Counted from the first letter of the stretch, positions 30,112 to 40,386 are shown. The stretch: 64,000 nucleotides of DNA from Rickettsiales bacterium (GCA_947442475.1 CANEVP010000004.1:2409-66408), one strand, 5' to 3'. Notes: generated by a model not told the origin, from the sequence alone. Program-made: numbers and translations.

Positions 30112-31209
30112 GTGGGTAAAATAAAATTGCAAAATTCAGAAAATTTCTACATTGATTCTCAGTTAAAATTACAGCCCGTAATCAAGCTCATCAAAGCCGC
30201 AAAAATTTTTGCGATGGATACAGAATTCACTCGCGAAACCACTTATTACCCAATTCTTTCAATCATTCAAATTGCCGTAAAAAACGCCCAAGGCACCAAA
30301 GAATCATTTATCATCGATTGCCTGTGCAACCTTGATTTAACTGAGCTTTTTACCATTATTGCTGACCCAAAAATTATCAAAATTCTTCATTCATCAGCGC
30401 AAGATTTACAAATTTTTCACCACAAATCAAACCAACTACCGCAAGGAGTTGTTGATACGCAAGTGATGGCAAATTTTTGCGATTTGGGTTTTAGTGTTGG
30501 CTATTCGGGATTGGTCGAAACTCTTTTCAATCAACAGCTCAATAAAAAACAGCAAAGAAGCAATTGGCAGTTGCGTCCATTAAGCCAGAAACAAGTTGAA
30601 TATGCTTTGCTTGATGTATTTTTCTTAGAAGAAATTTACGAAAAATTTTACGAAATTCTCACGCAAAATCAGCGCCTCAGCTGGTTTTTAGAAGAGATGC
30701 AAAATTTCATTAATAAAAATTTATTAAAATCTGACGACTCGCTGAGCAAAAATTTTGCCTTCAGAGGCAAAAGCGAATCGCAAATTGTAAAAATCAAAAA
30801 TCTCATTTTGTGGCGTGAAATTTGGGCCAGAAAAATCGACGTTCCGCGCCAACATTTTATTAAAGATGAAATCTTGGAGCGTATTGCTTTAGGCCAAGAG
30901 GTGACGCAAAATTTCACTGCCGAAATGCAAGGCGAAATCAAAAAAATTCTTGATGCAAAAGAAGAGCTTTTTGCTGAAATAAATTCAGAAAAAAGAGAAG
31001 TGCCGATGACGCAAAAGCAAAAAGAAAAATTTAGTGAGGCCAAGATTTTGCTTGCCAAAATTGCGGTGCAAAAAAAATTTCAGGAGCAGTTTTTAATCAC
31101 TAGTTCGGATCTCAAAAAAATTATCTGCGAAAAAAAGATTCTAAGTAAAATCGTTGCAGGCTGGCGCTATCAGGTGTTCGGCGAAGATCTAAAACAATTA
31201 ATTTCTTAA
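30112..31209 (+). CDS. rnd: ribonuclease D
   Basis: DEDD 3'-5' exonuclease motifs (MDTEF, HSSAQDL, YALLDV) followed by an HRDC-like region. GTG start. Confidence 0.85.
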   Translation: MGKIKLQNSENFYIDSQLKLQPVIKLIKAAKIFAMDTEFTRETTYYPILSIIQIAVKNAQGTKESFIIDCLCNLDLTELFTIIADPKIIKILHSSAQDLQIFHHKSNQLPQGVVDTQVMANFCDLGFSVGYSGLVETLFNQQLNKKQQRSNWQLRPLSQKQVEYALLDVFFLEEIYEKFYEILTQNQRLSWFLEEMQNFINKNLLKSDDSLSKNFAFRGKSESQIVKIKNLILWREIWARKIDVPRQHFIKDEILERIALGQEVTQNFTAEMQGEIKKILDAKEELFAEINSEKREVPMTQKQKEKFSEAKILLAKIAVQKKFQEQFLITSSDLKKIICEKKILSKIVAGWRYQVFGEDLKQLIS

Positions 31210-31218
31210 AATAAAAAC

Positions 31219-32061
31219 ATGAAAATTATTGCCGCCAATTGGAAAATGAATCACGCCTTTGATGAAACTGACGCGTGGCTTGACGGTTTTTTCAAAAACT
31301 TTTCTGAGAAATACGATCAGCTAAAAAATGTTGAAATGGTGCTGTGCCCCTCGGTGATGATGCTTGACTACATCGACAGCGAATTGATGGGAGATGGCTT
31401 TCAAAAGCTCGAAGAAATCATGAAAGATAGTGGCAAAAAATTTGAAGATTTTTCGCCGGAAGAGCTAACCGAAATTTTGTTAAAAGAACGTCCAATCAAG
31501 CTCGGTGCGCAAGATTGTCACCACGAAATCAGTGGCTCTTTCACTGGAAATGTCAGCGCTGAAATGCTCACAAAAGTCAGCTGCCAATATGTGATTCTAG
31601 GTCACTCGGAGCGCCGCGCCCACCACTTTGAAACTAACGAAATCGTCGCGCAAAAAATTAGCACCGCCCTTGCGCAAAAATTAACTCCAATCATTTGCGT
31701 TGGCGAAAGCAAAGAAAAGCGCGACTTAGGAAAACATTTAGAGTTTGTTTACAAACAGCTAATGCAATCAATTCCACAAGGCGCGCAATTTGAAAAAATG
31801 GTGATTGCCTATGAGCCAATCTGGTCGATTGGCACGGGATTAACTCCAACTCTCGATCAAATCGCTGAAATGGCGCATTTATTTAAAAAAGTTTTTAACG
31901 AAAAATTTGCGGGACGCGCCAAAGAATATTTCACGCTTTACGGCGGTTCGGTCACTTCGCAAAATTCAAAAGAAATTTTAGCAATTGATGGTGTCAACGG
32001 ATTGCTGGTTGGAAAGGCCAGCCTTGATGTTGAGGAATTTGTGAGGATTTGTATTTCTTAA
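31219..32061 (+). CDS. tpiA: triosephosphate isomerase (with about 30-aa insertion)
   Basis: ANWKMN, GAQD, GHSERR, AYEPIWSIGTG and LYGGSV motifs. Confidence 0.93.
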   Translation: MKIIAANWKMNHAFDETDAWLDGFFKNFSEKYDQLKNVEMVLCPSVMMLDYIDSELMGDGFQKLEEIMKDSGKKFEDFSPEELTEILLKERPIKLGAQDCHHEISGSFTGNVSAEMLTKVSCQYVILGHSERRAHHFETNEIVAQKISTALAQKLTPIICVGESKEKRDLGKHLEFVYKQLMQSIPQGAQFEKMVIAYEPIWSIGTGLTPTLDQIAEMAHLFKKVFNEKFAGRAKEYFTLYGGSVTSQNSKEILAIDGVNGLLVGKASLDVEEFVRICIS

Positions 32062-32069
32062 AAGTTTTT

Positions 32070-32166
32070 TAGGTCCCCGAGCAAAGGCCGTAAGGCCGTC
32101 TTCGAGGGGCCTGAAAACCGATCTTGTTACAGCCCTCGACGACGCTTCGCTTTGCTCGGGGACCTA
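32070..32166. repeat. palindromic MITE-like element (family B, imperfect copy)
   Basis: Its ends taggtccccgagcaaag...ctttgctcggggaccta match the 17763-17860 element (ataggtccctgagcaaagcg...). Confidence 0.85.
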
Positions 32167-32190
32167 TTAACCTTTTTAACTACTAAAAAA

Positions 32191-33741
32191 ATGACTGAAA
32201 ACTTCCGCATTGAATCCGACTCTTTCGGCGAAATTCAAGTTCCTGCTGACGCCTACTACGCCGCGCAAACTCAGCGCTCTGTACAAAACTTTCCAATCTG
32301 CAACGATAATCCAGGTCATAAAATGCCTAAGGAAGTTGTGCGTGCGATGCTGCTAATCAAAAAGGCGGCAGCTCTTACCAATAAAGACTTGATGGCTTTA
32401 GATCCAACTTCAGACGAATTCAAAAAATTTTCCCCAGACTTGGCGGACAAAATCGTCGATGCAGTTGACACCATCCTCGCAAAATTCGACTGGTTTTACG
32501 AAAATCATTTTCCGCTAGTTGTCTGGCAAACCGGCTCCGGCACCCAAACCAACATGAATACCAACGAAGTAATCGCCTCAGTTGCTAATGAAAAAGTGAC
32601 AGGAATTAAAGGTGGAAAATCGCCGGTGCATCCCAACGATCACGTTAATTTGGGCCAAAGTTCAAACGACACTTTTCCAACAGCCATGCATGTTGCGGCT
32701 GTTTTAACAACTTACGAAAAATTACTGCCAACTTTGGTTCGATTTGCCAATGAGTTGGGCAAAAAAGAAGCTGAATTTAACGACATTATCAAAATCGGTA
32801 GAACCCACACGCAAGATGCAACTCCGGTAACTTTGGGCCAAGAATTTTCGGCTTACAAAGTGCAAATTCAGTCAGCAGCAGTGTTTGTTTCTCAATCGAT
32901 TTTATACGTGACAGCTCTGGCCCAAGGCGGCACCGCAGTTGGAACGGGCTTAAATTGCCATCCGAAATTCGCCGTAAATTTTGCGCAAAAAATCACCGAA
33001 GTTTCCGGTTTAAAAGCGCTTCACGCCAAACTTTTAAATTTAGATTTAGGTCGCACAACTTTGGCGGATGGAGTGTGGAAGGTGAAAGATTCGAATCTTG
33101 CAAAACTAGGATTGGGAGAAGCTGACAGCTTTTTTACCAACAAAAATAAATTCTTCGCTTTGGCCTGCAACGACGAGTTGGTCAACTTTTCTGGCTCACT
33201 AAATTCACTAGCAGTTTCTTGCATGAAAATTGCCAACGACATTCGTTTCTTGGCGTCAGGCCCGCGCTCGGGACTTGGCGAAATCAGCCTTCCTGAAAAC
33301 GAACCAGGATCTTCAATAATGCCAGGCAAAGTAAATCCAACCCAGTGCGAAGCGCTAACAATGATCGCCTGCCAAATCATGGGCAACCACATGGCTGTAA
33401 CAGTTGGTGGCTCAAACGGACATTTCGAACTCAACGTTTTTCGCCCAATGATTATTCGCAACGTAATGGAATCGATCAATCTTTTAAACGACGGAATCAA
33501 CAGTTTCATCGATCAATGCTTGGTTGGAATCGTGGCAAATCGCGAACGTATCACCCAACTTCTCGATCAATCGCTAATGTTGGTAACGGCGCTAAATCCT
33601 TACATTGGCTACGACAATGCCGCCAAAATCGCCAAAAAAGCACACAAGGAGGGCTCTACGTTAAAAGCTGCGGCACTAGCGTCAGGCCTTTTAACCGAAG
33701 CTCAGTTTGACGAATGGGTTAATCCGAAAAACATGATCTAA
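32191..33741 (+). CDS. fumC: class II fumarate hydratase (with about 38-aa insertion)
   Basis: [16 protein letters not shown] signature and collinearity with E. coli FumC. The start was set at [13 protein letters not shown] because the 13 upstream codons of the ORF lie in the palindromic repeat. Confidence 0.95.
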   Translation: MTENFRIESDSFGEIQVPADAYYAAQTQRSVQNFPICNDNPGHKMPKEVVRAMLLIKKAAALTNKDLMALDPTSDEFKKFSPDLADKIVDAVDTILAKFDWFYENHFPLVVWQTGSGTQTNMNTNEVIASVANEKVTGIKGGKSPVHPNDHVNLGQSSNDTFPTAMHVAAVLTTYEKLLPTLVRFANELGKKEAEFNDIIKIGRTHTQDATPVTLGQEFSAYKVQIQSAAVFVSQSILYVTALAQGGTAVGTGLNCHPKFAVNFAQKITEVSGLKALHAKLLNLDLGRTTLADGVWKVKDSNLAKLGLGEADSFFTNKNKFFALACNDELVNFSGSLNSLAVSCMKIANDIRFLASGPRSGLGEISLPENEPGSSIMPGKVNPTQCEALTMIACQIMGNHMAVTVGGSNGHFELNVFRPMIIRNVMESINLLNDGINSFIDQCLVGIVANRERITQLLDQSLMLVTALNPYIGYDNAAKIAKKAHKEGSTLKAAALASGLLTEAQFDEWVNPKNMI

Positions 33742-33829
33742 ATTTTAACCTTAACCTAGAAGAAAAAACCGGAAAAAGTGTGATTAGTGGCGAGAATTTT
33801 TTAGCCAAAAACAAAAACAAAAAACTTTA

Positions 33830-35011
33830 ATGTCAGAAAATTTCGACATCGCAATAATTGGTGGATCCTTTGCGGGCATGACTGCGGCGCTTGCTCTTAG
33901 CAATGTTTCGGCAGACCTAAAAATCGCCATTATTGAAAAGCAAGACATCCTAAAAGCAGACAGAAAGCGTGACGGGCGTGCTTACGCAATTTCTTCGGCG
34001 TCGCTGCAGCTTTTTAGGGAAATTGGAATTTTCGACGAAACTAAAAAACATGCTGGTGCAATATCTGACATTAAAATCACCGATTACAAATCGCCTTTCT
34101 TCCTTGATTTTATTGGCCGCGAGGTTGATGAAAAATCAGGGCAGTTGGGACAAATTATTGAAAATTACCACATCCACAACGCGCTGCGCGATCAGATGTT
34201 GCTGCGTAAAAATATCACGGTGTTCTCGCCGAATTTTTACGAAGAAATTGCTTTTGAAAATGGCGTTACCATCAAAATAGATGGCGGAAAAATTCTAAAT
34301 TCAAAATTACTACTCGCCTGCGACGGCCGTTTTTCTAAGCTGCGGGAGATTTATCAAATTCACACCACGCAAAAAAAATATTACCAAACCGCAATTGTTT
34401 TTAATATTGAGCACCAGCGTTCGCACGAAAATGTTGCTTACGAAAAATTCTTACCCGGTGGGCCGCTAGCAATTTTGCCGCTGCAAAATCCTAACCAATC
34501 TTCAATTGTTTGGATCGCTCCCGACAAGCTGTCGCAAGCGATTTTAAGTTTGGATGAAGAAAATTTTGCTCAGCAATTAAACAAAAAAATGGAAGACTGT
34601 TTAGGAAAAGCTGCGGTAATTTCGGAAAAATTTTCTTACCCGCTCACCGCAATTGAGGCAGAAAAATTCTACCACGAAAAAATGCTGTTAATAGGCGACG
34701 CCTCTTGTGGCGTGCATCCAATCGCAGGACAGGGTTTTAATTTGGCGATTTCGGGAATTAAAATTTTGTGTGAGTTGGTGAAAAATAATCTGCTTTCTGG
34801 TTTGGATATTTCGAGTCAAAACCTGATTAATTCTTACAATAAAAAAGCTAAATCTCAGGCGAAAAAAATGTTGGTTGCAACCGACGTTTTAAATTCACTT
34901 TTTGAAACTAAGAGCTTGTCAGTGAGTGTAATTCGTGACTTGGGACTTGGTTTAGTAAATAAAATTCCGGTGCTGAAAAACTTTTTTATTAAAAGCGCCG
35001 GTGGATTTTAG
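33830..35011 (+). CDS. UbiH/UbiF/COQ6-family FAD-dependent ubiquinone hydroxylase
   Basis: IIGGSFAGMTAA dinucleotide fold, an LLACDG segment, and GDASCGVHPIAGQGFN. Confidence 0.85.
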   Translation: MSENFDIAIIGGSFAGMTAALALSNVSADLKIAIIEKQDILKADRKRDGRAYAISSASLQLFREIGIFDETKKHAGAISDIKITDYKSPFFLDFIGREVDEKSGQLGQIIENYHIHNALRDQMLLRKNITVFSPNFYEEIAFENGVTIKIDGGKILNSKLLLACDGRFSKLREIYQIHTTQKKYYQTAIVFNIEHQRSHENVAYEKFLPGGPLAILPLQNPNQSSIVWIAPDKLSQAILSLDEENFAQQLNKKMEDCLGKAAVISEKFSYPLTAIEAEKFYHEKMLLIGDASCGVHPIAGQGFNLAISGIKILCELVKNNLLSGLDISSQNLINSYNKKAKSQAKKMLVATDVLNSLFETKSLSVSVIRDLGLGLVNKIPVLKNFFIKSAGGF

Positions 35012-35055
35012 GTGAATTGGTTTTTTAATTTTTAATTTTTTATGTCACTTACAAA

Positions 35056-36339
35056 ATGCTAATCTACCGAATTCTCTCAGTTGCACTTTTCCCATTTCTT
35101 GAGCTTTACCTTTTCTTTCGCGTTTACAAAAAAAAAGAAGATAAAAAGCGCTTAAAAGAACGTTTCGGAAAGCCCACAGCACTTCGTCCCAAAGGCCAAA
35201 TCATCTGGCTTCACGCCGTTAGTGTTGGTGAAACAAATTCGGCATTTATTTTAATTGAAGAGTTGCTGAGTTTTTTTCCGAAAGTTTCAATTTTATTCAC
35301 CACAACCACTGTGACCTCAGCTGCAGTTGTTGCGGCAAAAATTCCCCAATTCAACGGCCGCGTGGTGCATCAGTTTCTGCCAATTGATACTTATTTTTGT
35401 GTTAAAGATTTTTTCTATTTTTGGCGCCCCGAAGTGGCACTTTTTGTTGAGTCAGAAATTTGGCCAAACGTGATTGATGTGGCCAATCAAATGGATGTTC
35501 CGACCTTTTTGGTCAATGCCAGAATGTCAGAAAAATCCTCAGCAAAATGGCGTTTTGCTAAATCTTGTGGTTTTAGTATTTTTGATGCTTTCGCCGGAAT
35601 TTTTGCGCAAAGCGAAGAGGATAAAGCGCGTTTGCAAAAATTAACCGATCAGGAAATTTTCTTTTACGGCAACCTCAAGTCGCAGGCGCAAAATTTAGGC
35701 TTTGATGCTGACGAATTAACTAAATTAAAAACCCAAATTGGTTCCAGAAAATTCTGGCTTGCAGCCAGCACTCACAAAGGTGAAGAAGAAATAATAATGC
35801 AAACCCACGAACTGCTTAAAAAAGATTTTCCCGATCTTTTAACCATTTTGGTTTTGCGTCACCCTAATCGCGCAGAAGAAGTTAAGCCTTTGCTAAATTC
35901 AGTAAAATTGGCGCAACGTAGCAAAAAAGAAAATCTAGAAAGCGGCACCGAAATTTATTTGGTCGACACTTTAAACGAGCTTGGAATTTTTTACCGCCTA
36001 GCGAAATTTTCTTTCATCGGAGGCTCGCTAGCAAAGGTTGGGGGCCACAATCCATTTGAAGCAATTAAGCTTGGATGCGGAGTAATTTCGGGTCGCAACG
36101 TCGAAAATTTTAAAGAAATTTACGCCACGCTAGAAGCAAGAAATGCTTGTGTGCTGGTTGACTCGGCAGCAAGTTTGGTGGCGCAAGTGCGAGAATTTTT
36201 GCAAAACGAAAAAGCGCTTCAGGCCATTATTAGCAACGCCGCAACAGCAATTGAAAGTGCTGACGACATTGCCAAAGAGGTGGTAGAAAAGATCAGTTTT
36301 ATTTTAGAACCAGAAGAAGAAACGACTACTGAACAATAA
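35056..36339 (+). CDS. waaA: 3-deoxy-D-manno-octulosonic acid (Kdo) transferase
   Basis: N-terminal membrane anchor, WLHAVSVGE motif, and a GT30-like C-terminal half (GGSL...GGHNPFE). Confidence 0.88.
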   Translation: MLIYRILSVALFPFLELYLFFRVYKKKEDKKRLKERFGKPTALRPKGQIIWLHAVSVGETNSAFILIEELLSFFPKVSILFTTTTVTSAAVVAAKIPQFNGRVVHQFLPIDTYFCVKDFFYFWRPEVALFVESEIWPNVIDVANQMDVPTFLVNARMSEKSSAKWRFAKSCGFSIFDAFAGIFAQSEEDKARLQKLTDQEIFFYGNLKSQAQNLGFDADELTKLKTQIGSRKFWLAASTHKGEEEIIMQTHELLKKDFPDLLTILVLRHPNRAEEVKPLLNSVKLAQRSKKENLESGTEIYLVDTLNELGIFYRLAKFSFIGGSLAKVGGHNPFEAIKLGCGVISGRNVENFKEIYATLEARNACVLVDSAASLVAQVREFLQNEKALQAIISNAATAIESADDIAKEVVEKISFILEPEEETTTEQ

Positions 36340-36658
36340 TTTTTCCTTGTGCAGTTTTTTGGTGAAAATCGCCAAAAAACTTGTACTCGCCTGATTTTAA
36401 AGGGCTGATGACGATGTTAACTTTTTTTCCCGCGCCAACCAACTTTTCTTTTTTTAAATCACTGCTTTCAAATTCTTCTAAAGTGTTGTCGAGATTCTCA
36501 ATAACGAGAGTGAATTTTTGATCAGCTGGAACCATAATTTCTGCCGGTTCAAATTTGTGATCTTTGATTTGAACTAAAAATTCTGTGTTGGCAGCAGAAG
36601 CGTTTGAAGCCGCTAAAAAAAAGGTTAAAGCGGTAAGAGTCTTAAATAATTTTTTCAT
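36326..36658 (-). CDS. secreted cupredoxin-like domain protein
   Basis: Signal peptide (LAASNASA) followed by a small beta-sandwich pattern (F.P.EI.VPA...F.L...N......EFES). Confidence 0.55.
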   Translation of the reverse strand: MKKLFKTLTALTFFLAASNASAANTEFLVQIKDHKFEPAEIMVPADQKFTLVIENLDNTLEEFESSDLKKEKLVGAGKKVNIVISPLKSGEYKFFGDFHQKTAQGKIIVQ

Positions 36659-36661
36659 AAA

Positions 36662-38071
36662 TTAGCCTTTTTTAAAAAATTTTGCCAAGTCACGAATGTG
36701 ACCAATTAAATGCAATTCTAATTCCGGTAGTAATTTTTTTAGTGCCGCGAAGTTTTTATTTTTCTCATTTGCTTTTGGAATCAAGCAATTCTTGAAGCCA
36801 AGCTTAGCCGCCTCTTTTAATCTTCCTTCTAAATTACTGACCATTCTAACTTCGCCGCTTAAACCAACTTCGCCAATGGCAATTGTTGAAGCGGGCAGCG
36901 CAATGTCGCGCGCTGCAGAAATTAGGGCGCAGGCCACCGCCAAATCGGCCGCGGTTTCTTCAATTTTTAGGCCGCCGACAATATTTAAATAAACTTCCTT
37001 GTCGAACAGATTGAGGCCGAAACGACTGTTTAAAACAGCGATTACCATTGCCAAACGATTAGTGTCCCAACCAACAACGGCGCGTCTTGGAGTTGGAATG
37101 AAACTTGGTGAAACCAGTGCTTGAATCTCAACTAAAATTGGCCTGCTGCCTTCAACGCCAGCAAAAACAATCGAGCCACTAGTTTCGCGGTCGTAAGAAG
37201 TTAAGAAAAGTTCACTGGGGTTTGACACTTCCGAAAGACCAATTTCATTCATTTCAAAAACGCCAATTTCATTGGCCGCACCGAAGCGATTTTTAATCGA
37301 GCGCAAAATTCTAAAATGCAGATCTTTTTCGCCTTCAAAATAAAGCACGGTGTCAACCATGTGCTCTAGAACCTTGGGCCCAGCGATTTGGCCGTCTTTG
37401 GTTACGTGCGAAACAATCAGCAAAGTAATGTTATTTTTTTTGGCAAAAATTGTCAGCTCACCCGCCGCCGCTCGCACTTGTGAAACGGTGCCGGGTGCGG
37501 AAGCTAAATCTTCTAAAAACATTGTTTGGATTGAGTCAATAATCACAACCGTTGGCAGCTTTTTGCCGTCAACGGAATTAATTATTTCAGCCACGTTGGT
37601 GGTTGCTGCAAGTTGAATTGAATCTTGTTTAACACCCATTCGCTGCGCCCGCAGACGAATTTGGTCAATTGATTCTTCGCCTGAAATGTAGATTACCTGA
37701 TTTTTTCCTTGAGCCAAACTTTCTGCCGTTTGCAAAAGCAAAGTCGATTTTCCAATGCCGGGATCTCCGCCAATTAACACCACAGATCCTTGCACCAAGC
37801 CGCCGCCCAGCACGCGATCAAGTTCGTTAATGTTAGTTTGAATGCGCGGAAAATTTTGTGCCTCGCCAGTTAGCTGCACCAATTCAATTTTCTTGGCGTC
37901 AGATTTTTTATTTTTTTTGTCGTCAACAATTCGCGTAAAATGCGAGCCGCCACCTTCAGCAAATTCTTCAACAATACTGTTCCACGCCCCACAATCAGGG
38001 CATTTGCCCGCCCATTTAAAATGAATTGCGCCGCAAGATTGACAGGAATAGGCAGTTTTTTTAGTGGCCAT
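36662..38071 (-). CDS. radA: DNA repair protein RadA/Sms
   Basis: Zinc finger CQSCGA...CPDCGAWNS, Walker A GDPGIGKST, KNRFG motif and a Lon-like C-terminal domain. Confidence 0.96.
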   Translation of the reverse strand: MATKKTAYSCQSCGAIHFKWAGKCPDCGAWNSIVEEFAEGGGSHFTRIVDDKKNKKSDAKKIELVQLTGEAQNFPRIQTNINELDRVLGGGLVQGSVVLIGGDPGIGKSTLLLQTAESLAQGKNQVIYISGEESIDQIRLRAQRMGVKQDSIQLAATTNVAEIINSVDGKKLPTVVIIDSIQTMFLEDLASAPGTVSQVRAAAGELTIFAKKNNITLLIVSHVTKDGQIAGPKVLEHMVDTVLYFEGEKDLHFRILRSIKNRFGAANEIGVFEMNEIGLSEVSNPSELFLTSYDRETSGSIVFAGVEGSRPILVEIQALVSPSFIPTPRRAVVGWDTNRLAMVIAVLNSRFGLNLFDKEVYLNIVGGLKIEETAADLAVACALISAARDIALPASTIAIGEVGLSGEVRMVSNLEGRLKEAAKLGFKNCLIPKANEKNKNFAALKKLLPELELHLIGHIRDLAKFFKKG

Positions 38072-38312
38072 TTTGTTTAATTAATAGGTCGTGAAGGTAT
38101 TTGGGAGAAAGGTCTAGACCATTGTGCCAAACAATCGTGTCGGCTTCGACCTTAAAATTTTTGAAATTTGTTAAATCAACTAGCTCTTTAAAAATTGCTC
38201 TGTGGTCGTCTCGAATAGTTTTTTCTAAATCGACAACTCCAGATTTTTTGTCGTTAAAAACGAGGTGGATTTGATAATCTTGAATGTAAGAAGCGTCTAC
38301 TACGTAATTCAT
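38061..38312 (-). CDS. DUF2442 family protein
   Basis: 84 aa from the internal Met (MNYVVDASYIQDYQIHLVFNDKKSGVVDL...). Sits in the canonical position directly after a DUF4160 gene. Confidence 0.7.
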   Translation of the reverse strand: MNYVVDASYIQDYQIHLVFNDKKSGVVDLEKTIRDDHRAIFKELVDLTNFKNFKVEADTIVWHNGLDLSPKYLHDLLIKQNGH

Positions 38313-38314
38313 TA

Positions 38315-38574
38315 CTACTCCAGCGGATTGATTGTGGCGAAGCTGCCGTCTTTTCGAATGTTGATCCAATTTTTTGCAACTCTTTTTGGTGAATACCTGC
38401 CCACTCAACAGCTAGAGCAAATACTTTTGGAAGTAAATGTCCGTCAATTATTCCAAAATTCTCAATGTCAATTTGAGCTCTGTAGTTGTTGTACCTTGCG
38501 TGAAAATGTGGTGGATTGTGTTCATTGAAATACATTTGAATGACAATTCCAAAGAAGCGACTGATTTCGGACAT
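38315..38574 (-). pseudogene. DUF4160 family gene with 1-nt frameshift in a homopolymer run
   Basis: The N-terminus MSEISRFFGIVIQMYFNEHNPPHFHA is classic DUF4160. After ...HQKELQK the family-typical tail NWINIRKDGSFATINPLE-stop lies in the -1 frame. The shift is at the A6 run (T6 on the + strand, 38360-38365). Confidence 0.65.
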
Positions 38575-38614
38575 TTTAGGTGTGGGTTTTTGGGTTAATT
38601 AAATTGGTAAAAAC

Positions 38615-40318
38615 ATGTTAGCAAAGTTAAAAAATTTTTTAAAAGAACAAAAAATCGATTTCTTTTTTCTGCCGAATTGTGACGAATTTTTTTCGGAATA
38701 TTTGCCAGAAAGCCAGAAGCGCATTCAATATTTGACAGGCTTTGCCGGGTCTGCCGCGACAGTAATTATTGGGCAGGAGAGGTCGTATTTTTTTACCGAC
38801 GGGCGCTACATTTTGCAGGTCAAAAGTGAGCTTGATTTGGGTGAGTTTGAAATTTTTAACATTGCGCAGAAATCGCCACTTGCTTGGTTGCAGGAGAATT
38901 TAGGTGAGAGAGTTTTGGCGCTGGATCCAAAATTAACTGGCGTAAATTTTGCCAAATCTTTGCCGCAAAACCACGTCTTCCTTGAGCAAAATCCGGTTGA
39001 TGACATTTGGCAAAATCGTCCGCTGCCAAGAAATTCGGCGATTTTTTCTTGTGACGAAAATCTTACTGGCCTCGATTCGCAAACCAAACGCGCCCAGATT
39101 TTGCAAACACTAGCGGCGGATGCGGTGGTAATTACCAAGCCTGAAAACCTTTGCTGGTTGCTCAATATTCGCGCCGCCGACGTAGAAGCCACGCCGCTTT
39201 TGCTGGCTTACGCAATTTTATTTAAAAGTGGTGAGGTTGATTTATTTGTTGATTTAAGGCGCGCGCATCCAGATTTGGCGGGGGTTAATTTTGTTGCGCT
39301 CGAAAATTTCACCTTGCGAATTGCGAAGCTAAAAAAAGTTCAGATTGACGCAGCGTCAACGAACCAGTGGCTTCTTAGCCTGCTTGAAAAAAACAAATCT
39401 GAAATAATTTTCAAAACCGACGCCATTGAAATTGCCAAAGCTTGCAAAAATTCGGCCGAAATTTCTGGCGCAATTAAAGCTCACGAAGTTGACGGATTGG
39501 CGCTGACAAAATTTTTATTTTGGTTGAGCACAAACCCAGAAACTGACGAAATTTTAGCGGCAGAAAAATTGCTCGAATTTCGTAAAAGACATTCAGATTT
39601 TTTGTACCCAAGCTTCGCTTCAATTTCGGGATTCGCCAGCAACGGCGCGGTAATTCACTACCACGCTAGTGAAAAAACTAACAAAAAAATCGCCGGCAAT
39701 TCGCTCTACTTAATCGACTCGGGCGGGCAATATTTTGGCTGCGAATTTTTTGGCACCACCGACGTCACGCGCACCATTGCAGTTGGAAAACCAACCCACG
39801 AAATGGTTGCAAATTTCACCCGCGTTTTGAAAGGACACATTGCTTTGGCGCGAGCGAAATTTCCGCGCAGCACTTCGGGCGCGCAGCTTGACGCCCTGGC
39901 TCGCGAACATTTGTGGCGCGCCGGACTTGATTACGACCACGGCACCGGTCACGGCGTTGGTAGCTTTTTGTCGGTGCACGAAGGCCCGTGTGGAATCAGC
40001 AAGCGTGCTCACCAGCCGTTGCTTGAGGGAATGATTCTGTCAAACGAACCTGGATTTTACAAAGAAGGCGAATACGGAATTCGCATTGAAAACCTAATGC
40101 TGGTTGAAAAATTCGACGAGAAATTTTTGCAATTTCGCACCCTGACTTTGGCGCCGCTAGATCCCAAGTTGATTGATTTTAGAATGTTGACGTACCCAGA
40201 GCGTAAGTGGCTTTGCAATTACCACGAGCAGATTTTAGAAAAATTTACCCAGAAAATTAGCCTGGAAAATCTTCAGTGGTTGGAAGAAATTTTGGCGGTT
40301 TTTCGCGAGAGAATCTGA
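38615..40318 (+). CDS. pepP: Xaa-Pro aminopeptidase (M24B, three-domain APP type)
   Basis: HGTGHGVGSFLSVHEGP, SNEPGFY and GIRIEN metal-ligand motifs. 567 aa. Confidence 0.9.
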   Translation: MLAKLKNFLKEQKIDFFFLPNCDEFFSEYLPESQKRIQYLTGFAGSAATVIIGQERSYFFTDGRYILQVKSELDLGEFEIFNIAQKSPLAWLQENLGERVLALDPKLTGVNFAKSLPQNHVFLEQNPVDDIWQNRPLPRNSAIFSCDENLTGLDSQTKRAQILQTLAADAVVITKPENLCWLLNIRAADVEATPLLLAYAILFKSGEVDLFVDLRRAHPDLAGVNFVALENFTLRIAKLKKVQIDAASTNQWLLSLLEKNKSEIIFKTDAIEIAKACKNSAEISGAIKAHEVDGLALTKFLFWLSTNPETDEILAAEKLLEFRKRHSDFLYPSFASISGFASNGAVIHYHASEKTNKKIAGNSLYLIDSGGQYFGCEFFGTTDVTRTIAVGKPTHEMVANFTRVLKGHIALARAKFPRSTSGAQLDALAREHLWRAGLDYDHGTGHGVGSFLSVHEGPCGISKRAHQPLLEGMILSNEPGFYKEGEYGIRIENLMLVEKFDEKFLQFRTLTLAPLDPKLIDFRMLTYPERKWLCNYHEQILEKFTQKISLENLQWLEEILAVFRERI

Positions 40319-40342
40319 ATTCTCACCTGCAGGTGAGAATTC
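40317..40342. repeat. perfect 26-bp palindrome overlapping the pepP stop codon
   Basis: gaattctcacctgcaggtgagaattc is its own reverse complement. May act as a terminator hairpin, but no T-tract follows. Confidence 0.8.
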
Positions 40343-40386
40343 AAGAAAAACTCTAAAAACCCTTGTAAATAAAGACTCTAAGCCAG

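Noticed and set aside
32152-32190. Upstream ATG of the fumC ORF, with similar extensions at 7232-7273 (ybgC), 11716-11784 (metK) and 44469-44495 (FAD oxidoreductase)
   Set aside because: The extra codons lie in repeat or leader sequence, or create large overlaps. Conserved protein N-termini begin at the internal Met in each case.
33021-33710. 162-aa minus-strand ORF and 121-aa + strand ORF inside fumC
   Set aside because: They overlap the highly conserved fumC frame and have no independent support.
40317-40342. The EcoRI-PstI-EcoRI-looking palindrome as a cloning-linker or vector artefact
   Set aside because: The flanking sequence is continuous native coding and intergenic DNA, and the pepP stop codon is embedded in it. 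It is more simply a hairpin at the end of pepP, and is kept only as a repeat feature.
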